Assembly (NCBI GenBank): GCA_037379345.1
Contig: CM074516.1
Coordinates: 49,513,626 to 49,577,625, forward strand
DNA from: Perna viridis
Taxonomy: Eukaryota
Reading direction: 5' to 3'
DNA length: 64,000 bases
Shown: positions 29,401 through 41,400 of the stretch, in pieces
How positions within the stretch are numbered: position 1 is the first letter of the stretch
Layout: each line of letters opens with the position of its first letter
The notes under the pieces: model-generated
Seen by the model: the letters and a program-made list of their open reading frames with translations, nothing else
What the model was told of the DNA's origin: nothing
Database searches by the model: none
Program-made: the position numbers and the translations under genes

Positions 29401-32400
29401 TACCTTTCATTACACCTTGAGGTTATTGTTATGTTAGCTCTTCCATTCTTTTAATGCATGTATTCAATAATTATCAAAAAGTACATCTGAAATAAAACAC
29501 GAAAAAAAAGTGTAAAGTGACGATGTAGGCAACAAATCTGTTAAAATTTTCAGTTAACATGAAGATTTGCATGTTACTGACATGCATTTCCCCACTATAG
29601 TGTTAATTATATTACTAGATGGTTATGTAATTTCTTTGTGATGTTCCCAATGTCATACACATCACAAAGCACCTTAATCTCTCAAAATAATTAATAGAAA
29701 TTCCAATGTGCAATTTAACTTGTACCAGTAAGCAAACACAAATACTGATCTGTCTAAAGCTTGTGTGATATCAGCAAAAATAATACTGATCTGTCTAAAG
29801 CTTGTGTGATATCAGCAAAAAAAAATACTGATCTGTCTAAAGCTTGTGTGATATCAGCAAAAATAAATACTGAAGAATCACACAAAACAGATGAATATGA
29901 AAATAAGTTGGGAGATGTTCCTGCTGTTACTGTTTGTATAGTTTTGTTTTAATATAGTATGGTTTCCATACAGCCATCATTTGACAGACATGTGGTATAA
30001 CCTTGTTTGTCGTGCTGTTCATGGTGGGTCCCAAAATAAAGATGATTATACATGTATAAGTTTTGTATAGAAGACTGCTGTCTGTGATACTTTCTATCTG
30101 AAGTTATTGTATTTAAGATGTATATAAAAGGCTTTGTCATTTTAGAGATCACTGGAAAAAATTCAGAATGGGTCAATAGATTGACAAGTGTACAATTAAA
30201 AAGTATCACTGTATATTGGTTAAGACAAATTTAAAGCCTTTTAAAAGAGCTTAAAAATCTCAATAAATTTTTATTGTCATTGTGAATTTATTCCTTGTAC
30301 AACATAAATGCAGGAATGCTATGCACATATTTATTTATTGCAAGATTTAAATAACTGTGAAACCATTTGAAGGTTTTATATCCATAAGCTTTAAAACGAT
30401 ATTACTAGTATCATTTACATTTTCAAGATAATTATTCACAAATCAAAGTAAATTTTGCTGTCCCTGGCATTGGAAATCAATAAATTAAAGACCCCCATGT
30501 AAAGTAATTAGCTTTAAACACCTGGAATAAACACATTTGTACAATGTAACTGGTAGACTGTGCAATACACAAAATCATGCAATAAGGACAGAATTGGTCT
30601 AATTTCTGTCTAGACAGCATTCTAAAAACTGTTCTACACAATATACTGGTAAAATAGGACAAAGTGCTCAAGTGTACATTTATTTCTTTGTATTTTTCTT
30701 TTCTTTTCTACTTTCTTAATTATCAACCTGCAAACAAAGTTGGGGTTTACAGGAATGGTCCTGTCTGTCCATCTAGCCACAACTCCACCAAAATTGCTTA
30801 ATGGATTATTATGAAACTTAGTTGGAAAATAAAATTTGATGGAGGTTCACAATGGGAAATAATCCAACCAAGGAGTTTTAAATTGTGTTTTTTTTTAGCA
30901 CAATACCTTATTAAATGCTTTGTTGATTATTGTGTAATTTACAGGAAAATTAGGCATCATATTTTGAAAGATAGGTATTGTTTGATAACATCTAAGGGAG
31001 ACGATGAAACCTAAGGGTTTTTTTGAACCCACAATTAAAGTGGGGTATTTTTTGTGAGCTTGGTCACAGTAATGCTGGTTTCATTTACATTCCTCATTTA
31101 TTTTCTGTAATTCTTAGTTTAGTAACGTCTATTGAGAGTTTGTACAAGCGCCTTTCATTGAGGTTTAAGAAAAAATAATGTAATAGTTGTACTTTTAGTA
31201 TGGAATTTCCTGTTACACAATTTTTCAACAACAAAAATATGTTGTTATCTACTCATATTTATAGGCTTCACTGTAAACAATCTGATTTTTTTTTTTAATA
31301 ATGACATGATCTAACAGACTGGACAAAGAATCCTTATTTCTGTGAAATGGTTCCAGGTTGTTTATGATTTATTGCCAGAAGTGTCAGACAGATTACAGAG
31401 AATTCTGTTACAAATCTATGTGTAACATACATTACATAATTTACATCTCTTTTGAAAACTTGATCTGTTTTATAGTTTTTTAAACCTAGGGTATTTGATC
31501 TGTAAAGGGGCTGACAATATTAATGTCATGTATTCATGTTTTTTTTTTTGTTCAATGGAATTAGTCATTAAGATGGTAGTGTTAATGTGTTGATGTTGGG
31601 AAGGGCCAATCCAAGGTTTCAGGTAAGGGGAGGTATAAAAACATGATAAACCATGGTGTAGATCAAGGTGGTTGTTAAATCTGGGGGGGGGGGGTAAATG
31701 TGTGGAAAATTGATATTGCATTAAAATGCTCCCCCTTTATTGCTAATGAAACAAAAATTTAGTAAAAAGTGTGTTTTAAAGAAGCATTAATATACAATTG
31801 TGGATTAATTTTCTTTGGATTTTGATTCAGTAGGTCATCTTATTTGACAAATTGTACATGTGGAACAATTGTACATGTGGAACAATTGTACATGTAGAAC
31901 AATTGTATACAATGAGGTTTTACATCTAAATTACTAAACAGTATTAATTTGATCTCAATCATGTAACATTTTCCACATTTCTGATCTTAACAAGTAAAGT
32001 CTTGTCTTTGTCACCAGATGTTATTGTTTAATGGGAACTCATTAGACATTTAAAGTTATGATATATTACTAAATGGATGTTCCTCACTGCAACACTCATG
32101 TATTATAAGTATGGATTTGTGCTATTTGTTTTTGTGTGCATACTGTGACTTGTTTTCATGGATTTATCCTCCTTTTTACTTGTCAGTGACCGTGTCTTTG
32201 TTTTGTCAATGTATTTACTTTCTTTTTTATCTTTGGTGTTTCTATTTCTTCTCAATCCTAGAAGGAAATACTGCATGTTTGTTGAGTGGAGTAATACTAG
32301 TATAAATTACAAGAATTCATTGTATGGTAACTCCACCAAGAGAATGTAGTGGATAAGACTTTGTAATGTTCATATATATATATGAACTAACAATATGAAA

Positions 32401-35400
32401 AGTTTGACACAGTGATAAATTTACATTAATTTAGAGTAAATTAGGTGAAAGTGCCTTGTCTGTCTATTCCTGCTGGTAAATTACTGGTGAAGTATTTTTG
32501 TCAATATAATGTGATGTTGTTGACATCAAGTGACATGTCTCAAGAGGTGTTGAACTTTTTGATGAGTCAGGATGATAGCAGTTTGACAAATCAGAGTTAT
32601 CTTTCTTTGTTTAAATTTGTTCATCTGTTTATGTCTTTTTCTTTTCAGTTGCAAACCTTCAAAATGATGACAGGGTACTTATATCTGGTGTAACTGATAA
32701 CCGGTTAAACTCACTCCTCTCAAACTCAATTGCAAAGAATAGTTTAGAAGATGATCAGGTCACGCAGCTGAAATTGGTAGTTGATAGCTTAACAACTGAG
32801 GTATTGTTCTTATCCCAAGTATTCAGAAAATTAATGATGGCAGTTAATTATATGTTTATCAATATGTGTATTGAGTTTTCAGAGTTAATCTTATCTTTTA
32901 ATAAAAAGAAAGGACAAAAGTGAATCATAAGACCTTTGTAGTCAAGCCCTTTTCAAAGACTAGTTAATGTCCAACAATACTCATATTACTAATTTATGAA
33001 GCCCTTTTGTATACTCTGTATGTATGTAATAATTAATTAGCATTATTTATTGTCAAGTGACCCACAAGCGTCTTAGGATAAATTAAGTTAATAATATTTT
33101 CCCCATTTTTGTAAACCATTTTTTTATCAGTAATCTGTATTTTTTTCCATATCTGTTATCCCACCCAGACATTATGGTGGGGGAGGTCACTCCTACAAAA
33201 CCAATAAAATATATTAAGAATCTCCTACATGTAGATCTAAGATATGAGGAAAGTATTTAGTTAAAGTGATTATTTTCTATAAAAATAAAAATACTAAAAA
33301 AATAACTTTTACGTAAACAAAATTTGCTTTTATGTCAAGACAGTGTCAATGGAGCAGATATTTCCTCTCATACATGACAAGCTATTTGAAAATATTCACC
33401 AAAACAATTTAGAGTGGTTGTGATGTCATCAGATTTTTAAAAGAGTTTTGAATTTTGAGTATTGAATGATGTCATGCACCAAGTGTGCTAGTCTCTTGCT
33501 TAACAATATATTCAGCATGATATTGTCAGTATCAAAATGGGAAGTAACTATTGTTTTATGTGTGTCTTTCTTTACAGAACACAGGTTTAAAAACTAAAAT
33601 CAGGCAGTATGAAGAAACTTGTGTGTGTTACCCAGAATGTACTATTGGAAACAAAATATATGATGAAGGTCAGACTTGGAGTGAAGGTCGTTGTGTAGTG
33701 TGTACATGTCAGGTATGTAGTGATGTAATACCTATTGGTCATTGTACTCTCATAGTTAATATCATCATACCTGTATATTATCATAGAAACAAACATTTTA
33801 TAGAAACTAGTTATTGATTTAAGAATTGGCTATGATAATAATTTTGTCTATTGAAAAATAGCATAAATTTTCAATGTGCATATTCGTGCAATAAACAATA
33901 TGCACATGGAAAATTTATGTTATTTTTCAATAGACAAAATGTTTATCATGGCCAATTCTTTTAAATTAATTTTAAAACAGATTTTTATCTTTAAACATGA
34001 GAAAAGTAGCTCTTAATTTAACTGAATAGGGGTGTGTCAATATATTTTTATCCACTGAGGTATAACAAAATTATATTTATCCAATCAGATTACAGTATTT
34101 ATCTCAAATTAATTTATTACTAAGTGTAATTTAAGCAAACATCCAATAAAAGCTTTTTCTGAAATTGAAAATTTTGAATTTGATTCAATGGACAAAGAAG
34201 AAAAAGACAATTTTGACTAAAGCACTAAAGAAAAGCCATCCAAGTGCATTTTATTATTATGATTATGTTCAGTGTATTAGTATGCATCATTTTTTTAATT
34301 AGTTGTGTAAAAGAGTCTGTTATTATTTTTTCAGCGAGGAAGAGCAGAATGTAGAACTAGATCTGATTCACCTAGCTGTAAATGTAAGTTACGTCTGATT
34401 CACTTAGCTGTGAATGTAAGTTATATTTGATTCACCTAGCTGTGAATGTAAGTTATATCTGATTCACTTAGCTATGAATGTAAGTTATTTCTGATTAACC
34501 TAGCTGTAAATGTAATTTATTTGTGAACTATTCTTAAACTTAAAGTTGTATTTATTTTCATGATACTAGAAAAAACATAAATTGTAAACATTGCATTTGA
34601 CAACAAACTTCTCCTTTAAACCTAAAAGTTATTTATCCTCACAGCAATAATAACATATTAGACTTCTACATATCTGTTCTAAAAAAAGGAGCATAGCTTT
34701 AAAGATTGCTGTCAAGAACTTTAGTTTTAAGAGTACACTATGATATGATATTAGCAGAAATGTTTATAATACTCATGAATGTTGAAATCTCAATATTTTT
34801 AAATACTGTAATATTTTATTCTTTAGCCCCTTGCAGTTCTAACCCCTGTAAAAACCGAGGATACTGCCAAGAGAATGGTTACAATAATTATAAATGTATT
34901 TGTATCACACCTTGGGATGGACCTAACTGTGAGAAGAGGATTAACCCATGTGTTTTACCACCAGACCCTGGAACCTGTAATAAAACTGTCATTAGATATT
35001 ACTATGATAGATTTGAGGAGAAATGTCTTCCTTTTAATTTTACTGGTAGGTAAATGTTGCAGGTACTTACTGAAGTAAAATTATTGTTCAATTTGAGGAA
35101 GAGGTACCAAACAGATATTTTCAGATGTGTTACAGCATCTAAAAAAATACTTCTCATAAAGGAATGATTGAAAATCTTATTTTGTGTTACTTTCCTGTAT
35201 TTGTATTACCCTAATTCATAGTATTGTGGTTGTACTGCAACTTCATTACCAATCACAGTACTGTGGTGCTACCCCCCTACAATTTATAGTAGAATTATTT
35301 AGACATACTTTTGTATACTCTGACCATTCTCTTTGTAATACCCTCCCAAATGAAATAAGAAGTGCTAAAGTAAAAAGTCTTTTTAGGCATAGATTAAAAA

Positions 35401-38400
35401 TCTTCCTGATGGAACATGTACAACAGGCTGAATAATTCAGCTGTACATGTTCTATAATGTTAAGTGAAAACTTAGTTTGCATGTACTTATGTACCTATAT
35501 TATATAATCATTTTACTGCATTGTAATTTACCTCTGTGTTTTTGTTCATTTTGTGTGAGGGTCTCAGGGAAAATTAATTGTAGACTAAATGTGTAATTAT
35601 TATTATGGTTATACTGCCTATTCTCAGTATTGTGATTATATTGCATTGCCCTTGCCAAAGTCATAGTATTGTGGTTGTACTGCATTCACTTTGTCAAAGT
35701 CATAGTATTGTGGTTGTACTGCATTCACTTTGCCAAAGTCATAGTATTGTGGTTGTACTGCATTCACTTTGCCAAAGTCATAGTATTGTGGTTGTACTGC
35801 ATTCACCATGCCAAATTCATAGTATTGTGGTCATACTGCATTCACCTTGCCAAATTCATAGTATTGTGGTTGTACTGCATTCCGCTTACCAAATTCATAG
35901 TTTTGTGGTTGTACTGCATTCACCTTGCCAAATTCATAGTATTGTGGTTGTACTGCATTCCATTCTTACCTTTATAAGTTATAGGTGGTATCAGTGAATA
36001 TGTGAACATTAATGTTGATATATTGAAAAAAGTGGTAATCTATTAAAATATTTTTTTTTTGCAGGATGTGGAGGAAATGCCAACAATTTTGAGAGCCATT
36101 CAGCCTGTTTGGACATAGCATTGAAAGGAGCCTGTTGTTTTAGAAGGTTCAGAATATCTACCACTGGTCCTCAGCAGGAAGAGAGAAGATGTCAGGTAGG
36201 TTAGGTTACAGATACTACCACTGGTCCTTAGCAGGAAGAGAGAAGATGTCAGGTCGGTTAGGTTACAGATCCTGCCACTGATCCTCAGCAGGAAGAGAGA
36301 AGATGTCAGGTAGGTTAGGTTACAGACACTACCACTGGTCCTCAGCAGGAAGAGAGAAGATGTCAGGTAGGTAAGGTTACATATCCTTCCACTGGTCTCC
36401 GCAGGAAGAGAGAAGATGTCAGGTAGGTTAGGTTACAGACACTTCCACTGGCCCTCAGCAGGAAGAAAGAAGATGCCAGGTAGGTTAGGTTACAGATCCT
36501 ACCACTGGTCATCAGCAGGAAGAGAGAAGATGTCAGGTAGGTCAGGTTACAATTCCTACCACTGGTCCTCAGCAGGAAGAGAGAAGATGTCGGGTAGGTT
36601 AGGTTACAGATCCTACCACTGGTCTCCGCAGGAAGAGAGATGTTGGGTAGGTTAGGTTACAGATCCTACCACTGGTTATCAGAAGGAAGAGAGAAGATGT
36701 TGGGTATGTTAGGTTACAGATCCTACCACTGGTCCTCAGCAGGAAGAGAGAAGATGTCGGGTAGGTTAGGTTACAGATCCTACCACTGGTCTCCGCAGGA
36801 AGAGAGAAGATGTTGGGTAGGTTAGGTTACAGATCCTACCACTGGTTATCAGAAGGAAGAGAGAAGATGTCAGGTAGGTTAGGTTACAGATCCTACCACT
36901 GGTCTCCACAGGAAGAGAGATGTCAGGTAGGTTAGGTTACAGACACTACCACTTGTCCTCAGCAGAAAGAGAGAAGATGTCAGGTAGGTAAGGTTACATA
37001 TCCTTCCACTGGTCTCCGCAGGAAGAGAGAAGATGTTGGGTAAGTTAGGTTACAGACACTTCCACTGGCCCTCAGCGGGAAGAGAGAAGATGTCAGGTAG
37101 GTCAGGTTACAATTCCTACCACTGGTCCTCAGCAGGAAGAGAGAAGATGTCGGGTAGGTTAGGTTACAGATCCTACCACTGGTCTCCGCAGGAAGAGAGA
37201 TGTTGGGTAGGTTAGGTTACAGATCCTACCACTGGTTATCAGAAGGAAGAGAGAAGATGTTGGGTATGTTAGGTTACAGATCCTACCACTGGTCCTCAGC
37301 AGGAAGAGAGAAGATGTCGGGTAGGTTAGGTTACAGATCCTACCACTGGTCTCCGCAGGAAGAGAGAAGATGTTGGGTAGGTTAGGTTACAGATCCTACC
37401 ACTGGTTATCAGAAGGAAGAGAGAAGATGTCAGGTAGGTTAGGTTACAGATCCTACCACTGGTCTCCACAGGAAGAGAGATGTCAGGTAGGTTAGGTTAC
37501 AGACACTACCACTTGTCCTCAGCAGAAAGAGAGAAGATGTCAGGTAGGTAAGGTTACATATCCTTCCACTGGTCTCCGCAGGAAGAGAGATGTTGGGTAA
37601 GTTAGGTTACAGACACTTCCACTGGCCCTCAGCGGGAAGAGAGAAGATGTCAAGTAGGTTAGGTTACAGATCCTACCACTGGTCCTCAGCATAAAGAGAG
37701 AAGATGACGGGTAGGTTAGGTTATAGATCCTACCACTGGTCCTCAGCAGAAAGAGAGAAGATGACGGGTAGGTTAGGTTATAGATGGTACCATTGGCCCT
37801 CAGCAGAAACAGAGAATATGTTGGGTGGGTTAGGTTACAGATCATTTCACGAGCCCTCAGCAGGAAGAGAGATTATGTCAGGTAGCTTTAGTTATATGAT
37901 TTTTCAAGGTGAATTATTGAGAATGCTTATAAAAATTAAACACTGTTCTGGGAATAGTACAGGTATAACTCTTCCTTGGAGATTGTTGTTCTCATATTGA
38001 CTGAATTTGATACTTTTGTGCAGAAAAAGTATCAATATCACGCTTACAGTGGCCTCCATAGAGGAGGTTAAAAATATCACCATTGCAACTATATTTTCGC
38101 TTACTGTAAAGGATTATGGTAATTGTGATTGAGAACCCAACCAGACCTGGAAAACATTTGCTAACTTTGATTATAAAATACCAATCGTATCATAGCTTTT
38201 TCCAAGATAGAGATGACCAAAACAGTCAACAGTATGATGGTGCCCCAATGTTTATGTATGATGTTATCTTACTAACCATAATTCATGGAAATTCAGACAA
38301 TAGGACAACAGTTTTAACTGTACAGTAGTTAGAATAATTAATGAAGGTTTGACAAAGGGAACATTGGTATGAATTACTCCAGGAGCATTTCAGGTATCAC

Positions 38401-41400
38401 TTGTCTCACATTACTTCTCATAGTTCATTTGTCAAGACAATGGCTACACCATTTATGTATGTTTCATAAGTACTGTGTGACACAGTTGGAAAATGTAAAA
38501 TTAGGGAAACTTGAATGTGAACAGAACAAAACACATGGAAAGTTGTATGCTATTTACATGTAATATGAATAATTTTAATTTGATGCTTACCCTACCGGTG
38601 CACCTGGTCCATGCTCCCAGTTTTTAGTGGAGTCCAAGTTGCTCATTTGCTTTTGTTACTTTGTATGTATGATTTTAGTTACTCTGTGTTCTTTGTTGTG
38701 TGTGTCTGTTTTCCATGTCTGATCTTTGTCCCTGGATTACATTCTTTTGATTACCGCTATAACATTGGTGCCCTTGATTACTCTTTTAACAGGTATACAG
38801 CTTGGGAGAATGTAAGGGCATACACAGGAAAACTCAGGTTGGCTATACAAGTGAGGTTATTGGATTCTTCCCTGGACAGATCTGTGCTGAAGCTGGATGT
38901 ACAGAGCCACATAATGGCTGTAACTATGGCGACAGAGTATATCAGCCAGGGGAAGTAAGGCAAGCATGTCAACAGAGATGTACATGTGAAGCAGACATAC
39001 AGTGGAGTTGTAGGTAAGATACATGATTTATTGTTGTATTCGCACGGGTGTGACAAAATGCATGCAGTATTCACACTTAAAAGAATTAGTGATTTGTATG
39101 GAAAATGTTCCAGCTGAAACATATTATAGAAAATTCATTAGGTATGCATTTTCTTAAATCGTTTAGAAACTAATTAAATTGTCATGTGAACATGACATCT
39201 TGTACCATTTGCTTTAAAATAGATATAAAAATATGTTGTTTTCATTAAACCTGTTTTTGGAAGGTTTTGAAAATGTTCCATAACTTCTATGTGAACCCAA
39301 GCATTTTTTAAATATTTCAAAATTTACAGTGATTAGGTTAATTAAGGTATAATTTTTTGGCTTTGCCTTGCACAGTGTACAGGTTTTTTGATTTTTCAGA
39401 CTTATGCAATTGCAATATTTGCAATTTTAAACAAAATTGACAACTGTTATCATAAGAGATCTATTTGTTACCTGTAATTTTAATTATTTTCAATATAACT
39501 ATTATTTTACACTGTAGCTGTGAAAGGCCAACAATCAGAAGGGAGATAAGAGACATGACACATGATGAACTGATTTCTCTACAAATAGCCATCCAGAAAG
39601 TTAAATCTACAGGGCCAGGCAATGTCTGGGATAAAATGAGAGACATGTACATACACCATGGAATGTTCTCACACGGTAGTGCTTTCTTCCTGCCGTGGCA
39701 TAGATACTACCTGAGGCAGCTGGAACAGAGATTACAGGAAGTGGACTGTACAGTTTTTCTCCCTTACTTTGATTTCACTACGGATGTTGGAAGTTTTACT
39801 GATGCAATTATCTGGCAGCCAAACATGTTTGGTGGTGATGGACAGGGAAGAGAAGGTTGTGTTTATGACCATCCATTTGGTCAAAGCTGGCAGCCATGTA
39901 TACGTAGAAGATTAAATCCAAACATCCAGCTGCCTACCATGATAGAACTTGCCCTTGCTCTAAGCAGTGATGACTATACTGAGATGAGCTTATCATTAGA
40001 ATCGTATGTTAGTTATCTCCATCAATATATTGGAGGAGACATGGCAACTAGTACTGCTGCTTATGACCCAGTTTTCATAGCCATACATGCCTTCATTGAT
40101 AAACTGTACTGGGACTGGCAGCAACGTGGAAACAATAAATTTAAATTTCCTCCAACTTTTGGAAATATACCCATGATTCCATTCAACATTCCACCTAGCA
40201 GTGTCCTTGATTCCGAGAATGAAGTTTGTGCGACCTATGCCTTGACCTCTAGGGGTCATCCCTGTAACAGGACAGTACATTCTGTAGGTGGTGATGGTGA
40301 TAGAGGTGATATTCCAGCAGAAGTAGGGAGCAGATATAAAACGTTGTATGGTGCTGATGGATTGGATAGACATGGGTTCACACAGAATGGTTATCACAGA
40401 TCAGGTAAGAAATGGTTTAGTCGTTATAAACTGGGAAATAATGAAATCTTGGGAGAGGTTCGGTTTTACTGGTAATGTGATAAAATCAGTACATGTTTCA
40501 AAAAAAAAAAATTATAGCTCAAAAATTGAAAAGCAGTTTTAATCAATATATCAACAATTAGTTATTTACACTGCTTTATGTTTGGTATATTAACACTTGT
40601 AAATGAAGATACTTTTCTAAGTAAATTTCTATTTAACAGCATAATTTTAAAGTGAAGCAAATAATTATGGTATTTTAATCTTCTGTTTTACACAGGTTAT
40701 AATAGAGATGGTTACAACCTTCAAGGGTTTAATAAAGAAGGATTTGATCGCTATGGTTATGATGTCAAGGGCTATTCTACATATGGATACAACAGAAATG
40801 GATATGATGTCAGTGGTAATCCTGACACATCTGGTCGCTATAGTGATGCTGGGTATAATCAATTCTGTCTAAACAGACTAGGTAATTAGATACACCCTAA
40901 AATTCCTTTAAATTCAGACACCATTGTTAATGACAAAATAATAATTTTAATTAAAGTATCTGATATATCAATAAGGAAGACATTTATAGGAGCATACTGA
41001 GTTCAAAACCTGCAGTAAAGTGTGCTGTTAATAGTTGAAAACCTGTTAGGCAATTCAGATTTATTTTCCTGGTTAAAAGCTTTTTCATGACAACCAGTTT
41101 CCCCTAACAAAACCCAATATAATTGATAAGGGTGCATTTCCACAATTTTCTGAGTCTTAGACCCTTTAATTTGTATCTCTTAGTATGACAGTGCAATGTA
41201 GCCTAATGAACAAGAAGTCATTTTCAGTGAGAATCACATTTCTAACTATTTCAGGGTTTACAAGGGAAGGATATGACCAGTATGGATTTACAGCCAGAGG
41301 TTATGATGTGTACAACTGTAACTATTTGTTTAATGGTCCATTTGCTCCAATACAATCGTATAGAATCTGGGAGATATTGTCTTCACAGGATAAAAGATTC

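Noticed and set aside
38611-38958. Hydrophobic ORF MLPVFSGV..., also at 57293-57535 on the minus strand
   Set aside because: Terminal sequence of the Penelope-like repeat, not a membrane protein gene.
39996-40397. Antisense ORFs over coding exons (also 47610, 52837, 56485)
   Set aside because: Shadow frames of the + strand exons or repeats with no independent signal.
39465-40475. ORFs 39465-40475 and 47064-48971 as stand-alone tyrosinase genes with hydrophobic N-termini
   Set aside because: The apparent signal peptides are translated polypyrimidine tracts with TTG/GTG starts; both are internal exons with in-phase splice sites.
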